From assembly GCA_964188305.1 (NCBI GenBank), contig OZ076889.1: a stretch of 64,000 nucleotides of DNA. One strand, given 5' to 3'. This document shows positions 47,578 through 59,795 of this stretch, piece by piece (position 1 is the stretch's first letter; the number at the start of each line of letters is the position of its first letter). Both the position numbers and the translations under genes were made by a program. Under the pieces are notes generated by a model that searched no databases, was not told the origin of the DNA, and saw only the letters and a program-made list of their open reading frames with translations. This DNA is from Podarcis bocagei (Eukaryota).

Positions 47578-49247
47578 CTCTGGGAAAGAGAAGAGATCCC
47601 AGCAGACTTTAGGGATGCCAAAATTATCAATCTCTTTAAAAAAAGGTGAAAGAACTGATTGTGGAAAATATTGAGGCATCTCTCTGTTAGCTGTGGCAGG
47701 CAAATTTCTTGCAAGGATCTTGGCAAACCGTCTCTTAACTATATCCGAGGTGACCCTTCCTGAATCCCAAAATGGCTTTCGGCCTTCTAGAGGGACAGTG
47801 GACATGATTTTCACCGCTCAACAGCTTCAAGAAAAATGCAGAGAGCAAAACCAACCCCCGTATATGGGATTTATTGACCTGACTAAGGCTTTCAACACTG
47901 TAAATCGTAATGCCCTGTGGACTGTCCTTCTGAAAATTGGCTGCCCAGATAAATTTGTAAACATCATTCGGCTCCTCCATGATAATATGACAGCAACAAT
48001 CGCAGATAACAATGGCTCTCAAAGTGAACCATTCACAGTGGGATCAGGAGTTAAACAGGGTTGTGTTATTGCCCAGACTCTATTCATTATTTTCATTGCC
48101 ATGATCCTACACTTTGTCGAAGGGAAACTCCCTACCGGAGTAGAAATCATATATCGAACAGATGGAAAGCTCTTCCATCTGAGCAGGCTCAAAGCAAAGA
48201 GTAAGGTTACTGTAACTTCCTTCATAGAGCTTCAGTATGCTGATGACAACGTAGTGTGCACACGCTCAGAGGATGACCCCCAAACCATCCTAAATATCTT
48301 TGCAGAAGCTTGCAAAAAGCTTGGCCTATCACTCAACATCCAAAAAACCAAAATGTTGCACCAACAAGTACAAAATAACCCCTCTGAAACCACAAATCCA
48401 ACTCAGTGGTGTAACATTGGAAAATGTCGATCACTTCTCCTACCTAGGCAGTTATCTTTCCACAAGGGTCAACATTGATGTTGAAATCCAGCATTGCCTG
48501 AGCTCTGCGAGTGCGGCTTTCTCCCGATTGAAGTGCAGAGTGTTTGAGGACTGAGACATTCGCAGGGAAACCAAAATGCTTTTTTACAAAGCTATTGTAC
48601 TACCAACCCTCCTATATGCTTGTGAAACATGGACCACTTATAAACACCATCTCCAGCTCCTCAAAAGATTCCACCAACGGTTTCTCCAAATTTTTTTACA
48701 CATCACTTCGGAAGACAGGAGAACTAATGCTAGTGTACTGGAAGAAGCAAAGATCACCAGTGTCAAAGCAATGATTCTTCAACATCAACTTTGTTGGACT
48801 GGTCATGTTGTGCAGATGCCTGATTATCATCTTCCAAAGCAGCTACTCTATTCCGAACTTAAAAATGGAAAGCGTAATGCTGGTGGTCAACAAAAGGGGT
48901 TTAAAGACTGTCTCAAGACAAATCTTTAAAAAATGTAGTATAAACACTGACAACTGGGAAACACTGGCCTGCGAGTGCTCCGGTTGGAGAACAGCCTTTA
49001 CCAAAGGTGTCATGGGCTTTGAAGACAGTCAAACTCAGGACGCAAGGGAGAAACGTGCTAAGAGGAAGGCACGCTTGGCAAATCCACACCGTGATCAACT
49101 CCAGCCCGGAAACCAATGTCCCCACTGTGGAAGGACGTGTGGATCCAGAATTGGCCTCCACAGTCACTTACAAACTCAGTGTTAAAACTGTGTTTATGGA
49201 AGACAATCTTACTCGGCTACGAGTGATCGCCAAAGAAGAAGATGATG
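47578..49247 (+). mobile_element. RTE-clade LINE (non-BovB), 5'-truncated, disabled reverse transcriptase
   Basis: RT motifs ESQNGFRPSRGT, FIDLTKAF, GVKQGCV, LQYADD; C-terminal CPHCGRTC...H..H; frameshifts and stops near 47672, 48390, 48552 and 48927; short GAA/GAT tail. Confidence 0.9.
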
Positions 49248-49362
49248 TGCCTCATCGTCAGTCAATTTCCATTTCCTGTGGATGACAGGGGGCACTTTAA
49301 ATATTGATCTCTTCATCTTCTTTTTTAAGTTGCAAAGTAATGCTTTTCTACACATGCACACA

Positions 49363-49535
49363 TACTACTACTACTACTACTACTACTACTAATAATAATA
49401 ATAATAATTTTTTATTTGTACCCCGGCCATCTGTCTGGGTTTCCCCAGTCACTCTGGGTGGCTTCCAACAAAGATTAAAAATACATTAAAATGTCACACA
49501 TTAAAAACTTCCCTAAACAGGGCTGCCTTCAGATG
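49363..49535 (-). mobile_element. L2 3' end with (TAC)9(TAA)6 microsatellite tail
   Basis: Homologous to the 14004 copy (ctgggtttccccag.cactctggg.ggcttccaaca...cagggctgccttcagatg). Confidence 0.65.
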
Positions 49536-51632
49536 GGAATGAAACTTGCAATTGAAGCACCCTATCCTTAGCAGGGGACATAAACTGACTGATTGAGGTT
49601 CAATTCATCAATTGCTGTTGCCATCCTGAACAGGAAGCTAATGCAGAGGCAAAAGCCACAGAGAGAAAGATTCTAATTATACTTACAGGGGACCTTTGAT
49701 GAAAACTAGGCTCAAATCTGAGCAAACATTATAGAACAATATTGACCACAGTACAGTGCTATATTAAGTGTTGTGAGGAATCACCATTTAAATTCTGCTT
49801 CCTGCTGGTTGTCAAATGCCTCAGGAGCGCTAAAAGGCACTAGTATAGAGTTTCCTCTTCAATCACATGGACTTTCCTTTCACAAGGAGATACCAGAAAC
49901 CTTCCAAACACTTTAGCAGGTTTCTACATGATGAACAATGTTTTGGGACTTTTTATATTTGCCCACATCTAAAGGCAGACAATAAATCCATCTTGCTAAT
50001 TATACATCCGGCTTGTTATAACCATCATAAAACAAGCCCAGCTGGTAGAATCATAAAATGATGTCAAATTATATTCCCGCAGCCATAGCAGCAGTGTTCA
50101 AGGCTGTTCGAACAACTGCCAAGTTGGTCATCTCAATCTAATAAATAGCAAACACAGCCTCTTCCACTTCATATTAAAGTACTTAAGCATGTTCTAACTC
50201 AAAGAAGTTTTGAATTCATTTGTCATTATCAGTAAAAAAGGAAAAGAGAAAAGAGAAACTGTAATTAGAAAACAAATAAAATGATGACCACCTGCTTTAG
50301 AGGTCTGTTGTGGTTATTAATTATTACTCCACAATAATCTCACAATAAATGAGAAAGTTATGTGAATTCATGCATCTTTTGCTACTTGCAGACATGACCT
50401 CTGACGAAATGTCATATGACATGATAGGTGGGGACGAAAAATGAAATTACTTTTTGGTATGAAGTTAGGGCTCAGTTCTCTACCTGAAGGAGAGCAGAGA
50501 AAATGGCTGACGTTGCATGCCTCTGCTCTTTCACAGTACCAGTTTCCCAGAGTTCCTTGGTACAGAGTCATGAAAGTCAAACAGTTTTGAAACTAGGCTC
50601 TATATTTTTGCACAGTTCAGATGAATTAAAGGGCTCTGTCACCCTAGCACAACAAATCCGCTTTTTAAAATAATCACAGTTTTCGCAGTTTGGAAAGCAA
50701 GAGAAAAATGCACTGAAAAGTGTGGGATGAATGAAGAGTTTGCTGAATCAGGCCAGTGGCCCATCGAGTCCAGCATCCTGTTCTCACAGTGGCCAACCAG
50801 ATGCCTGTGGGAAATCAGGAAGCAGGATCTGCACACAAGAGCACTCTGCCCACCTGCGATTCCCAGCAACTGGTATTGAAAGGGAAATCACCTTTGACAG
50901 CAGAAGTCAGATATAACAACCAGGTATAATCTAACCTCCATGTAAGCTTCCTGCAAGCAAATCAGGATGAATGCTCAATAAAGAACTCATCCACCCTTAG
51001 AGACATGCTATCTCTGATAGAAGAGGCAGCAAACAGACTTTATGACTAGTTGCAAATGCTAATGTTGAATTTTGAGGGAGGTTTGTTCCTGTGGTTTTTA
51101 GCTTGAGGAAACATTCAAACCACACCTGCAGTCCGAAATGGCACAGTCCAGTACCACATACATCACACAAAGCCTGCTATTTGTGTTGTCTCTTTTACAC
51201 AAGCCTTATCTGAGGAAAAACCCCAACCAGGTGCTGGGCAGAGGGGAGTCAATCTAAAATAATTGGTACCTTGATCAAGCAGGAGTTCTTGTATCATGTC
51301 TGCTGAATAAATTGTTTTTCTTTTCTTTTTTGAGAGAGGAAAACCTTGACAAGAAAAACAGCTCATTGTCCTATTTTGGAGAAGTCGAACAATACTCTTT
51401 TGAAGAACTTGAGTCTCTTGGCCGTGTGATGGGATGTTAATTAAATTTTCACATGTTTGAGGGAAATACCACTGGACTTAGTTATATTAAATATATTCTG
51501 AAGAAAAATGAGCAACATCTGCTAGAAAAGCTGGCGTATTAAGCCGCCCTTGTAATTTTCAGTGTGTTCTGGGTGGACAAGCAGCAACGGGGGCGGTTGG
51601 AGGGGGGAGGGAGAAGACAAATTCCACAATAC

Positions 51633-51716
51633 CTTCCCATATCTGGATGCAAACGTTCCCGTGAGTAAGGAGTGAAAAATAATTATCGTCTCGTCCAAGT
51701 CCCACACAAAAACACG
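51633..51716 (-). CDS. EYA2: EYA2 exon [28 protein letters not shown] (catalytic DxDxT motif)
   Basis: ccacag|CGT ... AAG|gtattg; 84 nt. Confidence 0.97.
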
Positions 51717-52851
51717 CTGTGGTGAAAGACAGAGGGGTGGGGGAAGACAAAAATCATACCATATTAGTTGCAGGAATATATTCGTTTGGGATCCAGCCTC
51801 CCTCAAACCAGTGCTCTCCAGATATCTTAGACTACAGCCCTTTATATCATCAACACATTCTTGTTATCTTCACTCATCCAGTTCCATCACCTTAGCCACC
51901 TGAACGTTGGTTGCTTCTAGAAACAACTCCATATTTTCTCTCCTTATGACACCTGCCTATCATACAAACCCTTTATAAGATCTCTTCTTTTACATAAAGG
52001 TTGGGGAACTTGATCTGGCCACAGTGTGCCAGATCCTTATCTCCTCCACCACTTATGGCCCAAGTTTGAAAGGAGTGTCAGGACCACCCAACTGTCAATC
52101 ACCTGAGATCGCAACAAAATCAGCTGATTATCTTTGGGACGTCAAATCAGTGGGCTTGAAGTCATCAGCCATCCAGCTGGCTTTCTGCAGGAATCAGCTG
52201 TGCCATCAAGTTTCCCACAGGAAACCCACTTGAACCCACCAGCTCAGACGTTTGCCTTGGGCCCTTGCCAAAGGTTTACCTGGTGGTGGCAGTAGCAAGC
52301 AACCATTTTGATTTCCCACAATGTCCCTGATGTAGCATCAGTCTAGGGCATTGTGGGAAATTAAAACAGGCCGCCACCAGATAAGCTTACACCAATGCTG
52401 AGAGGGAGCCTAACAGAAGACACTTGGCCAAGGGTCCCTTCAAACCTGAAGCCAGACCGGGTATTTTATGAACCTCCCTGGGTTACATCATATGAAGAAA
52501 AACAGAATCAAGAAACCACAATAAGGGTGAAAGGTTACATCTGCATAGTTTTTCTACCAGATGTACATGTAACAATAATCTGTTTTGAAATATATTCTAC
52601 TCATAAGTCAAAATAACAGCAAGGACTTTAAAAACTTGGGGAGGAAACAAGTTATCTGGTAACTATATTATTTAATTTCAGTAGGGAAAAACCTAGTTAC
52701 AGGTTGGGAAGCCTAAGTTTTACTCAGTGTAGTGCCATTGAAACTAATGAAATTGACTAGGTCCATTAATTTCAATAGGTCTACTGCCCTGGATTTAGTC
52801 AAATACAAATGAAATAGGGTTGGGGTGAAAGAAACCCTCTAGACATCTCAC

Positions 52852-52976
52852 CTCAATTTCGGTGTCAGCTGATGGGGAGGGATCATTGTTTCTTTTCGAT
52901 CGCCCTCGTAGCTTTCCATCCGTCCCTCTGTGCTGCCTGTCTGTGTCTGTGTCTTTTACAGGTGTTGTATATTCAC
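52852..52976 (-). CDS. EYA2: EYA2 exon (G)[41 protein letters not shown]
   Basis: cctgtag|GT ... GAG|gtgaga; 125 nt; phase 1 to 0. Confidence 0.93.
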
Positions 52977-53135
52977 CTACAGGTATATATAGAAAACAAT
53001 TCTACTCAAAGCCAACTTCCTATGTTATGGTTCTTGAGCTTCTTGAAAAACTACACAACAGTGTTCCACTTATCATCAAAGAAGCAGAAATGACAATTGT
53101 AAGATCCTTCAGCGAATCACCATGGTATCTTAGCA

Positions 53136-53272
53136 CAGGCATAGGCAAACTCGGCCCTCCAGATGTTTTGGGATGACAACTCCCATCATCCCTAGCTAAC
53201 AGGACCAGTGGTCAGGGATGATGGGAGTTGTAGTCCCAAAAACATCTGGAGGGCCGAGTTTGCCTATGCCTG
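53136..53272. mobile_element. Palindromic hAT-type MITE (same family as 45312)
   Basis: CAGGCATAGGCAAACTCGGCCCTCCAGATG...CATCTGGAGGGCCGAGTTTGCCTATGCCTG; imperfect ttagca flanks. Confidence 0.88.
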
Positions 53273-56200
53273 TTTAGCAAATCTTCAGACCAAATCAGGA
53301 AGCCACACACCTTGCTAAAGATGAATTTCCTGGTTTGGTTGTAATGTAGGGCTCGTCTGCTAAGTTGAGGGGAACCAATTCCCTTGTCTCTTGTCTTATC
53401 TCAGCTGATTCTGTTCAGATCTTGATCATTTGAATACAGCAGTGCAAAAGGACAGGGCGATTAGTAACCCTGAGATTTTTTAGAACACCAAAGGGGTAAA
53501 ATTACTCTTTTGTAGTAGTACAACTCACCTTTTTTTAAAAAAAGAAAACTAATTATTCTACAGAAATAATGCAGCACTACAGATCTATATCTATCATCTA
53601 GCTAGCTAGCTAATCTATCTCACCCTAGGAGGTATTAAATGTTTCAAAAAAGGTTTAGAAGCATCTTCAGAGGATAGATTATCAAAAACTTTTTAACATT
53701 CCATCACACCTGTTTCACATTTTAACCCAGAAAACAATGGGTTCCCACCCAACACCTCAATGAAAACAGGGATATTTTATAAGTTGAATTACAATTTTTA
53801 ATTAAAATTGCAAAAAATCAAAATGTAACACAATTTTAACAGCTTGCAACATAGTCTGAAGAAAAGGTTTGCCCAATTTCGAATAATGTTCCACTTAAAA
53901 TCAATAGAGCTTTCATTTATTTTTCAAACAAACATGCTTAGAACGGAAGTTTTAATTCAGCCAAGCAGCTTAACAGAGTTCCGAAATTTTTGAAATAATC
54001 AAAGAATTGTTACTTGCCTTGGGTCTTTAAGTGGTGTTTATTGTGGGCAATGTTAATGTTGACAAGAGACCACATTTTAAATAACCTTTTTGAATACCAC
54101 TGACTTCAATTTTTCCTTTTATATGGAGCTCTCCAATCCCTCTAGCAATTCAGATGTAGCATTTTAAATAGGAATCTGGTTCATTTTTTTTCATGGGAAG
54201 GATTTTGAAATCTCAGGCTGAGATCAAATCTAACGAGGGGGAAATACTCCAAAGTAATTTTGCAGTAATCTGCGTTAGCATTTTGTTTTCTTTTAATTTA
54301 CTATATTTTTTTCTGTTTGACTAACAACAGATGTGCAGGGTTGTTCCTTAAGTGAGCACACCCCACTTTGGGTAGTACATACAGTGATTATCCACAAATG
54401 ACGTGGTGCTTTATAAAAATGATATAGGCTGCTAATGAAAATTTCGCTGGGGAAGTGATATACTGACTGCATTCCAACAGAACATTGGAAGATGATGACA
54501 TTTAAGCCCATAATTGATAGTTAAAAACTAAGCACTCCAATAGATCACGGATCACTTCAAGAAGTATGGAAGGGCATTTATTTAAAAGAAATAAAATAAA
54601 CATAGAGCTCACTGTTTACTTAGCCTGTTATCTGTAGCTTTATTTAAAAGGTCCTCAATCAGTATGAATGCTTGTTAAACTAAGAACTTATAAGTGGTTG
54701 CTAAAAAAATGTTTTGTTTCTAGAAAATAAAATGAGAGCAGTGGTATTTGCTGCTATTGTTGATGATGATTATGTGCCCTCTTCCTACAGACAGCTATTT
54801 AATGACAGAATTTCAGTTTCAGTCACTTGTCTTGCTTTCTTCTCTGTCTGATCTTGACTTGTTGCATCTAACTACAGCTGCACTGGGACTAATGCTTTCT
54901 AGATGTGAAATAATTTCCCTTCCATTAGCCTTCTTTCAACATTTCACCAGCCTTTTCTAAATTTAATATCATTATTTTGAGCCCCTAATTAATACAGTAT
55001 TGTATTTGGCTTTTTTGGGGGCAGGGGCGGGAATTGTACTGCCCTAATGATTTGATGCCAATATGCACACTCTTATGACAAATAACAAAGTTTGCTCTAT
55101 TGCACTAATATCGAAAGAGCTTCATTGACTTGCACTATGTTTTCGGACACCGACTGAAGTTATGGTTCTTACTTTTCAAGCCCTGTCCTAAATCGTCTGA
55201 GTTCAGAGCAGATGAAGGACTAACTTATTCCATATGAAACTGCCTCTCAGTTAAGATCAGCAGCTGGCATCCTTCTCTGGACCCCCTGGCACTTCAAGCC
55301 AGGAAAGTGATTATTGGAAAAGGTCTTTTTGGGGGTGGCACCCTTGGGATACGAGCCTGACAATAACCACCATGATTGTTGCTTAGGACACAGAACAACA
55401 TATTATTATTATCTGTTATATTTCAGAGACCTTTTAAGTTAACAGCAATGTGCTTTTTAAAGGCTTTATTTTAAACTGCCTATTTATTTTCAATTCATTA
55501 TTTTTATATTATTTATTTATTTATTATTATTATTATTAATTATTATTATTATTATTTATTATTAGTTTAAAGCTGCGTTTACTTAGGAGCAAGCCCTACT
55601 GAATCCAACCGCACTGTTAATCTATTATTGTATTCAGTATATCATAAGAAAGTCTTGTATTTTCTTTAACACGTGGGAAATCTAAACATATATCCCAATA
55701 CATCATCCACAGAAACTAATGTATAGTTTATGCTGCAAGGATTGGGGGGCTGCGGGAAAAGAAGCATCACAACTGAAGCTTAGCTGGAAGCAGGAGCAGA
55801 CAGCACAGGGGTAGCAGTGCTGTGGGGCCACTCTCTCAAGAGCAGCATCCCTGCTGCTCACCTGTACAGCCCGAGGATGGAGCAATGAGGTTGCGGCTGT
55901 GTGGGTGCAATGCTGGGCTCCACCAGTGTGCTCTAGCAGCCTTGACTTCACCCCTGCCCTGCCACCATCAAAGAAAGTAGCGACGGCTCTACTGCCAGGA
56001 GGGCAGCTCTGGAACACAGCCGCACCCTGCCAACTGCTCCTGCCTAGAGGTTACACCGTTTGGTTTGGGATCCCACCCCCCCCACCCCGTATTCTTAGAT
56101 TTGTAGGATCTGGCTTTCTATATTTAGTACTAAAATAAAGATACTCTGCACTCACCTTGAGCCATTGCCATTCATATTTCACTGGTCCTGAAATATCCTA

Positions 56201-56305
56201 AAAACAGGATCCTGCACCCAGGCTAAAATTTAAGCCCTGCACATAGTTGTACTTTTTAGTTCATTTTAACCAGGGGAGGGATTTCCAATCATTAAAGACA
56301 CCTAC

Positions 56306-56486
56306 CAGAAAGTGATTCGGTGCTCTGACTGTTGTTAATGTTGTGCGAAGACTCTTGGAGCGAGTAGGTCGATGTTGGGATAGCTGATGGACTGATGCTA
56401 TTTGCAGACATGTAAGAAGAGTTGTAGGAAGAGCTGTAATACTGCGAATATTGGCTTTGGGTGAAGCTGGGATATGAAGAATACTC
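56306..56486 (-). CDS. EYA2: EYA2 exon [60 protein letters not shown](G)
   Basis: tctttcaaag|GAG ... G|gtaggt; 181 nt; P/S/T/Y-rich N-terminal domain. Confidence 0.93.
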
Positions 56487-56964
56487 CTTTGAAAGAAGAG
56501 ACAGCAATGCTAATCATTCTCCAAATGTTTGAAAAGCAGCACACCTAATTAAGAGCTATGCACTTTGCAGGCTAAATATAACCAGGCTTACAATATTTCC
56601 CCATTTTTCTTGCCATTATCATATTCCCCGCTTCTGTGCACAACTGTGTTTTGCAGAAGTAGCATCACCTTTGAATTTGCTGCATTTGCCAGGAAGCGCT
56701 GACAGTAACTTGCTTATTTCATGAAATCTAGTGCCAGGAATCAAGCAAGCCACTTCATGGGACTGCATGCATGTAATAGCACTTCTTCATTTTTTTTCTA
56801 AATAGCAACACCACAACATCAATGTGAAAATGTGATAAAAGAAAACTATTGCACATTTAAAAAGTAGTCTTGCCCCACTTGTTTTTCCTCTTGCACACTG
56901 CATTTATACAGCAGTGAGTCCCATCTACCTGGTGGTTGTTAAAACACTTTTAGGGGATGCACCT

Positions 56965-57243
56965 TAGAATCATAGAGTTGGAAGAGACCACAAGGGCCAT
57001 CGAGTCCAACCCCCTGCCAAGCAGGAAACACCATCAGAGCACTCCTGACATATGGTTGTCAAGCCTCTGCTTAAAGACATCCAAAGAAGGAGACTCCACC
57101 ACACTCCTTGGCAGCAAATTCCACTGTCGAACAGCTCTTGCTGTCAAGGAAGTTCTTCCTAATGTTTAGGTGGAATCTTCTTTCTTGTAGTTTGGATCCA
57201 TTGCTCCGTGTCCGCTTCTCTGGAGCAGCAGAAAACAACCTTT
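56965..57243 (-). mobile_element. CR1 LINE 3' fragment (younger subfamily)
   Basis: tagaatcatagagttggaagagaccacaagggccatcgagtccaacccc...agttcttcctaatgtttaggtggaatc. Confidence 0.8.
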
Positions 57244-58659
57244 GTTTCTTAAAAAATCAACACCTGCTGTATACCTGTGAACTGCAAGGCCAGTACATGA
57301 CTAAATTATAGAACGGCTCTGATCTATGAACTGGCACCATAGCTATAAAAGCTTTCTGCTTAATCAACTCATCAACCCGATCCCCTTCCACTGACTTACT
57401 TCCTGCTTTCATCAAACCATGGTTTGCTCTTATCCCATCAAACAATATGCCTTTGAATACCACTTACTGGAGGGTGATGTTACACTAATGTTCTGCTTGG
57501 GATTTCCCATGGGCTCTTGTGAGAGCAGAGAGCTGCACTAGATGGCTTTCTCCAGCATGGTTCTTACGTTCTTAAATCAAGACTGCTGTTTTCTGCAACC
57601 CTAGTTTGGGGAGTGAGCTCAAGCCATAGCTTGTCATTTCAAATTTCACATATACCAGGAAACTATGGTTTGATGAAACCAGGAACAAATTCACTGAAGT
57701 GGGGCATGGGAGTGGAGGGGGAATATGGAGAGCATGGCTTGTTCTCATAGTGCCAAACCATATTCAAATGTTCTGTGTGAACCAGTTCTATGTATATACC
57801 ACAAGACAACACTGCAAAATGTGGCTCTTTGCAGCATGTATTCGTTCATATTGCACCCTCAGAGAAATGTGCACATCCTCCTTTAATGTGTACCTGCTAA
57901 CTGTGTACTGGGCAAAGAAGCCCGGAATAAATTACCTTTCCATGAAATTCATTAGGCTGTGCCATAGCTCACATCCAACAACCTCAGCTATATTCTCTAA
58001 CCGACAGGTCCAGCAGTCCTACAGACCAGCAACAAGCAGCTGAAGGCTAGAAAGTTTAGCTCAGCAGCAACTGCACATGACTCTGTTGTGATGCCACCCA
58101 TTCCCAATCTCACAGTGAAACCATGGTTTAGCTTGCTGAGCTAAGCTCTATTCCCAAGCAGCATGCAAGAAGGAAACAGCATAAAAACCTGTTTCTCACT
58201 TGCATGCAGAGGTTACAGAGGCAGGCAAACTTAAACTTAACCATGGTCGTCAAACCAATCCATGATTTCACGTTCTGGTTTGCTGCAACCTTCTAATACA
58301 GGGGCAGCCAACATCATGCATTTCAGATGTTGGACTGCAACTTCCATCAGCCCTGGCCAGCATGATCAATGATCAGGTGTGATGGAAACTGTAGTCCAAC
58401 ATGTGGAGGCACCAAATTGGCTATGCCTACTGGAACCATCTAAAAGTATGTGCCTTTATCACTGGCGTGGGGCCTGTCATCCCAACAGCCCCAAAACAGG
58501 AAGTTCTTTCAAAGCTTATAGGAAACTGAATTTAGGATGTAATTCTTTAAGATACTTGTATGCTCCATAACCTCAGTGATTTCAGTTTATCTTCGAATGC
58601 TTATATTTCAGCCTTTGCACAAACAAAAGAAGCATAGTGACTTCATACTTGGTCTACAC

Positions 58660-59091
58660 CAGGGGTCTGCAACCCGCGGCTCCGGAGCCGCATGTGGCTC
58701 TTTTACACCTTTGCCGCGGCTCCGGGGCGGATACTAGCGAGGGGAGGAGGCGCATTGTGCGTCCCAACACTCCCCACTGTGGCGGGCGCTGTACTGGATG
58801 TGATGTCGCATGGGGGCGGTGCGTACATTGTAAGGGGCATGTATGCTGGTCACTGCATTGAAAGGGGGCATGTACGCTGGTCACTGTTTTGGAGGGGAGT
58901 GAAGAACACACACAAAAAGGTAACTTGTTAATTTAACGTTTATTTCTATGAGGAGGAGTAATTCTGAGGGGTCAAACAAAGAAATAATAAAAAAGTTATT
59001 TTTATAATGACTAGTTTTGCGGCTCCCAGTTTTTTTTTCTTCGGAAATGGGTCCAAGTGGCTCTTTTTGTCTTAAAGGTTGCAGACCCCTG
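58660..59091. mobile_element. hAT-Charlie-type MITE, young
   Basis: Perfect 15-bp TIR CAGGGGTCTGCAACC; perfect 8-bp TSD gtctacac; CpG-rich. Confidence 0.92.
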
Positions 59092-59727
59092 GTCTACACC
59101 AATCTTTATGAGCAAGCATTCTCATATAGTGTTTCTGCATGTAATGTTATCCACATCATATATTTATCCACATGCTTTATATTTAAAGGTGCTAACTTAT
59201 GCAAAGCATGAAGTTCATCAACAGGTGTATGTCCAAATTAGGAAGAGCGCAAACAGGCTCTGATGGCTTCATATTCGCAAGTGTCTCTGAGTGATGCTTT
59301 AGAATGTTGATTCACATCTGTTACCGAAAGCCAAGAAATAAGCCAGCACTCTCTGCAAGATGATGGAAACTGCTAATTTTCAAAAAAAAGATGTTCATGT
59401 GATACTGTGGTGTCCCCATTGTGACATGTTTCAGCGTCACACCCAAAGTGCTGAGATTGGGCTGGGACTGGTTGGAGGAAGAAGGGGGGTGGGGAGGTGG
59501 AGGAAGGAGTGTTTGGTTGATTTCGAAAGCATTTGGTTTCCAAGTCCCTTGCCAAGCTGTTGAGATCTGTGAGCGTCCATAGAGACGTACGCTTTTTGTC
59601 CCTTAAGAAGGAGACGTTATGTATGATAATCAGAGACAAGTATCAAGGAAGTTACTCATGTCCATGCGGCTGAAATATGAACCACCTCCTTTTCAGGACA
59701 TTTTTTAAAAAATGGTTAAAGTTGTAC

Positions 59728-59795
59728 CTGGTGCACTGTGCTGAACCCTGAAGAACTCGTCAGGCCGTTGGGCCCCTGGTAAATCCCTGAGGTGC
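59728..59795 (-). CDS. EYA2: EYA2 exon (G)TSGIYQGPNGLTSSSGFSTVHQ
   Basis: ttctcttag|GC ... CAG|gtacaa; 68 nt; resembles recalled human YQGGNGLGNAAGFGSVHQ. Confidence 0.88.
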
